Below are positions 20,111-24,811 of a stretch of 24,811 bases of DNA, in pieces. The stretch spans positions 1-24,811 of the forward strand of contig JAWCMA010000017.1 in NCBI GenBank assembly GCA_038850285.1, in the 5' to 3' direction. Source of the stretch: Methanocellales archaeon. GTDB taxonomy: Archaea; Halobacteriota; JAWCLZ01. The stretch's first letter is position 1. Each line of letters starts with the position of its first letter. The position numbers and the translations under genes are program-made. Below the pieces are notes generated by a model that did no database searches, was not told where the DNA came from, and was given only the letters and a program-made list of their open reading frames with translations.

Positions 20111-20131
20111 TCATTAGTCATTAGTCATTAG
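20097..20131. repeat. 7-bp tandem repeat TCATTAG x5 (one copy degenerate) spanning the methyltransferase stop codon
   Basis: TCATTAG TTATTAA TCATTAG TCATTAG TCATTAG. Confidence 0.85.
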
Positions 20132-20175
20132 AAAAGATTATTAATTAAAATAATGAATTAAGAGTGGGGTATATT

Positions 20176-20430
20176 ATGGCCAAGATATTTGCAAAGCATT
20201 TATCAGATAGAAAGGTTGTAACAACCGATGGCTCAGCAATTGGCACACTTTATAATATCATCGTGGATTTGAAAACAGGTAGACTCATAGACCTCGTGGT
20301 AAAGCCAGATCCCGGGGCTAATCTCGAGGGATACAATATTCAGGATAACTTTGTCCTGCTTCCATTTGAATGCGTTAGAGCTGTGCAGGACTTCATAGCT
20401 ATAGATAAAAAAGCAGCAATTATTCAATAA
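20176..20430 (+). CDS. PRC-barrel protein, resembling the CdpB cell-division proteins (CdpB2-like)
   Basis: LSDRKVVTTDGSAIGTLYNIIVDLKTGRLIDLVVKP...VRAVQDFI is a typical archaeal PRC-barrel sequence. Confidence 0.85.
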   Translation: MAKIFAKHLSDRKVVTTDGSAIGTLYNIIVDLKTGRLIDLVVKPDPGANLEGYNIQDNFVLLPFECVRAVQDFIAIDKKAAIIQ

Positions 20431-20431
20431 A

Positions 20432-20454
20432 TTTTTTGATTTTTTGAATTTTTT
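20432..20454 (+). terminator. Repeated oligo-T terminator after the PRC-barrel gene
   Basis: TTTTTTGATTTTTTGAATTTTTT. Confidence 0.6.
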
Positions 20455-20457
20455 AAA

Positions 20458-20691
20458 TGATGTTCCTCGACATTAACTCCAAGAGTTCATCCGCTGGCAA
20501 GCTGCCGCTGTCTTTCTCAGTAAACCCTATGTCGAGGAATATCTCGTGCTATGGTTGTCTCAAAATTCATCGCTTGGTTATTCCAATTTGCTCCTATGAG
20601 GACCTATATAGCGCGAGTATTGCCCCTCTTTTGCTCGAGTTTTCATCCACTCTAAAATTTAGAGAGTCACACCCGTCCTCATAAGAAGGGC
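20458..20691 (-). ncRNA. Triple-hairpin box H/ACA pseudouridylation guide RNA
   Basis: Three abutting hairpins (20622-20691, 20543-20617, 20464-20538). Each has a 9-10 bp basal stem, an internal pocket, a GA...GAU-GA-A K-turn, and a trailing AUA, AUA or ACA box 15-16 nt from the pocket apex. It has its own TATA box upstream. Confidence 0.82.
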
Positions 20692-20714
20692 ATGAATATA
20701 TAATGTTACTTCCC

Positions 20715-20721
20715 ATATAAA
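20715..20721 (-). promoter_or_regulatory. TATA box for the H/ACA RNA
   Basis: TTTATAT on the minus strand, 24-30 nt upstream of the first paired G (20691). Confidence 0.6.
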
Positions 20722-20759
20722 GATTTAGCCCTCTTTCGGCTTTTGAAATTAAAAAATAT

Positions 20760-21041
20760 TTATCGGGCTTTGGTTGCTTCCGCTATTGTTTTCTCAGCTA
20801 GCTCCTGCATTCGAATAGAAATTCGACTTGGACTTGAGGATTCCTCGCTTATTAGCGAGGCAAGTTTGGTTCCAAGTACAAAAATAGCGTGTTTATGCTC
20901 TGCTTTGCTGCGATGGATGTGCAGTGGACTTATATGTAAAGCATTGTATTCAGAGAAATCGCCACCCATCCCATTTTGTTCAAAATATCGTTTAATCTGT
21001 ACTAATAGAGAATGGAGATGTATAAGTTCCTCCTTATGCAA
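20760..21041 (-). CDS. UPF0058 family protein
   Basis: MHKEELIHLH...ISPLHIHRSKAEHKHAIFVLG signature; TTG start. Confidence 0.9.
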   Translation of the reverse strand: MHKEELIHLHSLLVQIKRYFEQNGMGGDFSEYNALHISPLHIHRSKAEHKHAIFVLGTKLASLISEESSSPSRISIRMQELAEKTIAEATKAR

Positions 21042-21102
21042 ACTTTCAACCCCTTCATCCTGTTAGTTGAGCATTGAATTGTAGAAGTACTAAAAATTTA
21101 TG

Positions 21103-21120
21103 TAGGAAATTTAATTCCTA
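21103..21120. promoter_or_regulatory. Palindromic operator candidate TAGGAA-N6-TTCCTA upstream of UPF0058
   Basis: Perfect 6-bp arms, just downstream (minus strand) of the TATA-like AAAAATATAA at ~21125-21134. Confidence 0.4.
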
Positions 21121-21207
21121 TAAGTTATATTTTTAATTTCCCAAATTTTATTGGGGTGAAATGGGCAAAAAAAGGGAAATTAAATGTTAAACTATTAACA
21201 ATTAAAT

Positions 21208-22452
21208 CTAGAGATTTTCAGCGGTTAAGATCTTAATTGAAAGAGGTTTTTTCACAATATTACCCAGCTTCATTCCAACTAAGTAATCCAGCTTTTTCTC
21301 AGCAGCAATATCAATTATCCTCTGAGTAATAACTCCATCGAAGACCACGCTGCGCACATTGGCATCGGTTTCCTTAAGTGCCTTAGCGAGATCTCGCACT
21401 GCAACTTCTTTAATTACATTTCTATTTGCATCCAATAGCTTTGCACTTAAAGTACCGCTTAACTCAGCTACATAGCGCTTAAAGTCATCGCCATCCCTCT
21501 CCCTCTCCTGAGGCTCCAGCGCCTTGGTTAGCTCCTCCACGCGTCCCTCCACTTTAGAACTCTCCTCACGATAGAAGATCTTTCTCTTAGAAGCCAGCTC
21601 CCTCCGCCTTAGCCTTCGCTCCTTCACCTGAGGCATATCCACAACTTGCTCCACAGGCAGTTTATTTCTAAGTGCCTTTACAACCTCCTTTTGAGTTAAA
21701 TCCTCAACGCTTTTGCCCTCAGGTGCTCTTGCAACATAGTCCACTTCTGCAACTTGCAAAAGCTCTTTAAGCAATAAATCTCCACCTCTATCGCCATCGA
21801 GGAAAACAGTTACAGTTTTCTTCTTGCTTAATTCCCCAATTACCGCTGGCACATTTGTGCCTTCAACTGCAATTGCATTTTTAATTCCATATTTAAGCAA
21901 ATTTAGCACATCAGCTCTTCCCTCAACTATTATAATTGCATCTGAATCCATAACATTAGGCCCAGCAGGCAGTCCTTCTTCCCCAAATAAAGTTATCTCC
22001 TCAACCTTCACAGCTTGCTTCACGGTCTCCACTAGCTCTTGGCTCTCGGGTATACCTTCATCGAACATGCTTGTGAGAATAACTTTAGCTCTTTCGATGA
22101 TCTGCTTTCTCTTACTAACTCTAACATCCTCTATTCTCTCAACTTTAATGCTTGCTATGCAAGGTCCAACTCTATCTACTGTTTCCAGTGCAGCAGCTAA
22201 TATGGAGGTTTCAATCTTATCCAAGCTCGAGGGAATTAGAATTATGCCAATTGATTTTCCAAACTTTGACTCAATGTTAACTTCTATCCTTCCAATTCTA
22301 CCGGTTTTTTGAAGGTCTCTAAGATCAAGATCGCTGCCGAGCAGTCCTTCAGTTTGGCCAAATATAGCTCCAACTACATCTGGTCTCTCAACCACGCCCT
22401 CAGCGTTTATTTGAGCGTGAATAATGTATTTAGTTGTATCTGAAGCTTCCAT
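21208..22452 (-). CDS. dnaG: Archaeal DnaG (toprim; exosome-associated)
   Basis: [32 protein letters not shown]. Confidence 0.98.
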   Translation of the reverse strand: MEASDTTKYIIHAQINAEGVVERPDVVGAIFGQTEGLLGSDLDLRDLQKTGRIGRIEVNIESKFGKSIGIILIPSSLDKIETSILAAALETVDRVGPCIASIKVERIEDVRVSKRKQIIERAKVILTSMFDEGIPESQELVETVKQAVKVEEITLFGEEGLPAGPNVMDSDAIIIVEGRADVLNLLKYGIKNAIAVEGTNVPAVIGELSKKKTVTVFLDGDRGGDLLLKELLQVAEVDYVARAPEGKSVEDLTQKEVVKALRNKLPVEQVVDMPQVKERRLRRRELASKRKIFYREESSKVEGRVEELTKALEPQERERDGDDFKRYVAELSGTLSAKLLDANRNVIKEVAVRDLAKALKETDANVRSVVFDGVITQRIIDIAAEKKLDYLVGMKLGNIVKKPLSIKILTAENL

Positions 22453-22579
22453 TTCACCATCTCCCGAAAAATAGCTAGATACTCCTTTTTTTATTTTATG
22501 AATGATGAGATGAATATTATCTAACTATTTCTCATTAAATATTAATAAACTTTAGGTTTTAATAATTTATGGTCTCACT

Positions 22580-22981
22580 TCAATCAAGTCCACACTCTAC
22601 TCGCAATCGCGCGATATAGCTTGGCAGATTCTCAACCCCCCTCACATCTTTTTTAATCAAATCACCTAACTTGGTTCTAATTCTCAAATTCGCATTGCGA
22701 CCCAGCGCTAAGAGATATGTGCTTATCTTCTCTGCAAGTAAATCGCCTTTCCTATCCCAGTCAGTTAGCAAAACGATTTCAGCGCCATCATTAGCCACTT
22801 GATCCGAGAGTTGAAGAAGTGGATAGTGGGAAGCAAATATCACCTCACCCTGGATTCCAAGGTCGCGCAGGGCTCTTTCATCCTTTCTTCCTTCAACTAA
22901 AATAATTGCACCTTTTTTCGAAGCTTCCTTCAATTCCTTCATCAATAGCTCAATTTGCTTCAGCCTCTCCTCATCGCGCAT
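22580..22981 (-). CDS. Small toprim-domain protein (UPF0292 / RNase M5-like)
   Basis: ILVEGRKDERAL and LTDWDRKG. The likely start MRDEER at 22981 overlaps the upstream stop codon. Confidence 0.88.
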   Translation of the reverse strand: MRDEERLKQIELLMKELKEASKKGAIILVEGRKDERALRDLGIQGEVIFASHYPLLQLSDQVANDGAEIVLLTDWDRKGDLLAEKISTYLLALGRNANLRIRTKLGDLIKKDVRGVENLPSYIARLRVECGLD

Positions 22982-23552
22982 GGCAGCATTCTCCCTCAGA
23001 AAAAATTTGTCCCTCGAATCTATATATCTTGGTGTCCTCATCCCACCAAGCATCTGGAGGCAAGCTTGCCTTCATGCAAGTATAGCTCAAAAACTCCTCC
23101 ACATCCCAGTTTTGCTCAACTGGTACTTGAGGAAGGAGCAATCCACTATATATTCCCCTTCTAACCAGCAAGCCATGCTTGCCAACTATGATTTCCTTAG
23201 GCAAGTCCTTTGGCTTGGCTTTAATAAGCTCCATTGGAGTGAGCACAGTTACCTCTAGTTTAAGCTTGTCGAGTTCTTCAATTTTAACCGACTCAAAGCG
23301 AGGATCACTCGTAGCAGCGCTAATAGCAGCATCCACAATTCCCTCTCCAAGAGGCAAATTTGGATAAGGATGCCCAATGCAGCCCCTCAACTCGTCATTT
23401 CTATGGATGGATACAAAAACGCCGCGCTTCTCCTTAAAATTACCAGTTAAAATTGGCTTAATCCTCCTTCCAGTCTTCAAATAAGTTTCAATAGCTTCTC
23501 TAGCTAGGCGAAGTGCAGCTTTTCCCTCTTCCTCTGTTAAAAGATTTACCAT
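22971..23552 (-). CDS. AMMECR1-domain protein (TIGR00296)
   Basis: RGVFVS, LRGCIG, DPRF, GLLLPQV. Confidence 0.95.
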   Translation of the reverse strand: MVNLLTEEEGKAALRLAREAIETYLKTGRRIKPILTGNFKEKRGVFVSIHRNDELRGCIGHPYPNLPLGEGIVDAAISAATSDPRFESVKIEELDKLKLEVTVLTPMELIKAKPKDLPKEIIVGKHGLLVRRGIYSGLLLPQVPVEQNWDVEEFLSYTCMKASLPPDAWWDEDTKIYRFEGQIFSEGECCHAR

Positions 23553-23613
23553 GTTACATTAATTTCTAAGCACAAGGTATAAGCCTTTTCATAAATAATA
23601 AATAATATAAAAT

Positions 23614-23985
23614 GGGAGAGTGGAAGGGCAGCTGCCGGTACTTAAAGTGCTGAGGAAAGTCCCCTCACCATCTGGAAAGGCGAGCATGCGCAAGCATGCG
23701 GAGCGAGAGCTTCGGCTCTGGCACAGCAACGCCACGTCCAAGCGAATGGAATGAGGCGGCTGAGCGTTAACTTAGCGCAAGAAGAAGTTCAGCAATGAAC
23801 TTCGAGCTAACCCGTTGACGTCTCGCTTGGGAACGTTGGAACGGCGAATCCTCGCCGGTGCAAGCCAAAAGGGCTTATGAGGTCTGGACGAAGCCCTTGG
23901 TAGGCGCTTAGCCAAATGCTGCATAGCCCAAATCTCTGCTACTGCAGAGGGGCTTAACAGAAAGGGGCTTACTCTCCACACTCCC
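23614..23985 (+). ncRNA. rnpB: RNase P RNA, archaeal type A
   Basis: GAGGAAAGTCCCC and AACAGAAAGGGGCTTA conserved regions; P1 GGGAG.GTGGA/TCCAC.CTCCC; P7 GGCGAG/CTCGCC; P8 CATGC-GCAA-GCATG; P9; L15 GGT; P16 AAGGGCTT/AAGCCCTT. Confidence 0.97.
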
Positions 23986-24022
23986 AAAATCTTATTATGG
24001 ATAACCATAGATTTTTAAATGG

Positions 24023-24553
24023 ATGCTTGAAGAATACAATGTGCTTTTAACAGCTATGAGGGGGGAGGAATTCAGTCTTCTGCGCCAGCTGGAAGCACTT
24101 AACCTAGGGGTTTTTAAGAGCGCGGATTTTAAAGATGTCATCCTTGGTAAAGTAGCAGATGTTGAGTCTTTCCTCAAGCGAATAGAGGAAGAAACAATTT
24201 TTGGATTAGCTAGAGTAATGTATATTGAAAATTGGATTGACTTCAAACTTGAAAATTTCGAAGAGGAAGTTTTTAAAGCAATAAAAGATAGACTGCAGGA
24301 AATAAAGCAAAAGCAGAGTTTCTGCGTTCGGATCTCAAGGCGAGGGTTAAAAGGCAAACTTAATTCTCAACAAGCGGAAAAAAATCTTGGTTCTTTAATC
24401 TGGAAAGAACTTGAAGCTCGGGGAATAGAGCCAAAGGTGGACTTGAAAGAGCCCGACTGGCTCATTAATATTGAGACCATTGGTAGGAAAGCTGGCATAT
24501 CAATGATACCAAAAGAGAAAAGGGAAGCATATTTCTCTATACTGAAGAAATAA
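24023..24553 (+). CDS. Stand-alone THUMP-domain RNA-binding protein
   Basis: SFCVRISRRG...EKNLG...VDLKEPDWLINIETIG. Confidence 0.88.
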   Translation: MLEEYNVLLTAMRGEEFSLLRQLEALNLGVFKSADFKDVILGKVADVESFLKRIEEETIFGLARVMYIENWIDFKLENFEEEVFKAIKDRLQEIKQKQSFCVRISRRGLKGKLNSQQAEKNLGSLIWKELEARGIEPKVDLKEPDWLINIETIGRKAGISMIPKEKREAYFSILKK

Positions 24554-24811
24554 TGGACTCACCCCTATTTACAAAAGAAGGATATGATAAGAAAATTAAT
24601 GAGCTTCAGAAGCTATGCACTATTTCCTGAACTTCTCAACTATGGATCATCTCAGGGTTTTCAGTATATATAGGTTTAATATTACATATTACATCTCTTT
24701 ACCACTTAGTAATTTCTGGGGCTGATAAAATAATAATGACCAGATACTCTAATTCTACGGGTTGAACACCACAAATATTTTAGCCAACTCAGAATTCATC
24801 CGAATTCTATT

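Noticed and set aside
20457-20684. 75-aa + strand ORF
   Set aside because: No recognisable motif, and it is antisense to the structured H/ACA RNA, which explains the sequence better.
20458-20691. SRP RNA, glycine riboswitch or hammerhead ribozyme
   Set aside because: It lacks the SRP helix-8 CAGG-CC-GGAA-GG-AGCA motif, the glycine aptamer cores and the CUGANGA/GAAA core.
6612-22312. Numerous antisense or alternate-frame ORFs over rpo, EF2, EF1A, UPF0058 and dnaG
   Set aside because: They are shadows of conserved genes with no independent signals.
23772-24008. 78-aa minus-strand ORF
   Set aside because: Shadow of the RNase P RNA.
24554-24811. Possible decayed gene at the window end
   Set aside because: The frames I translated on both strands are broken by stops, and I cannot recognise a family; sequence beyond the window is needed.

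Overview
Archaeal chromosome window, most similar to the Halobacteriota/Methanomicrobia-like lineages (judged from RpoA1, DnaG, UPF0058 and a type A RNase P RNA; this placement is inference). It has three parts. (1) Bases 1-6400 hold the 3' end of a bacterial-style GSI-beta glnA, then an AT-rich accessory stretch: a frameshifted PolB-type 3'-5' exonuclease, a CAAX/CPBP protease, a TM2-like membrane protein, a radical SAM enzyme, a HAD hydrolase, an unannotated 47-aa C2H2 zinc-finger ORF behind a long hairpin, and a diadenylate cyclase with an N-terminal tandem repeat and a C-terminal hydrophobic tail. (2) Bases 6461-19584 hold an intron-containing tRNA-Lys(UUU) and the intact core operon rpoH-rpoB (unsplit)-rpoA1-rpoA2-rpl30e-nusA-rps12-rps7-EF2-EF1A-rps10. 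(3) Bases 19625-24553 hold a methyltransferase, a PRC-barrel protein, UPF0058, dnaG, a toprim protein, AMMECR1, RNase P RNA and a THUMP protein. The best hidden signal is a ~234-nt minus-strand RNA at 20458-20691. It folds into three consecutive H/ACA hairpins, each with a K-turn, a two-part pocket and an ANA box. The pockets match the 23S rRNA H69 loop, the A-loop and possibly the peptidyl-transferase ring. It also has a competing 13-bp helix that would block two of the three guides.
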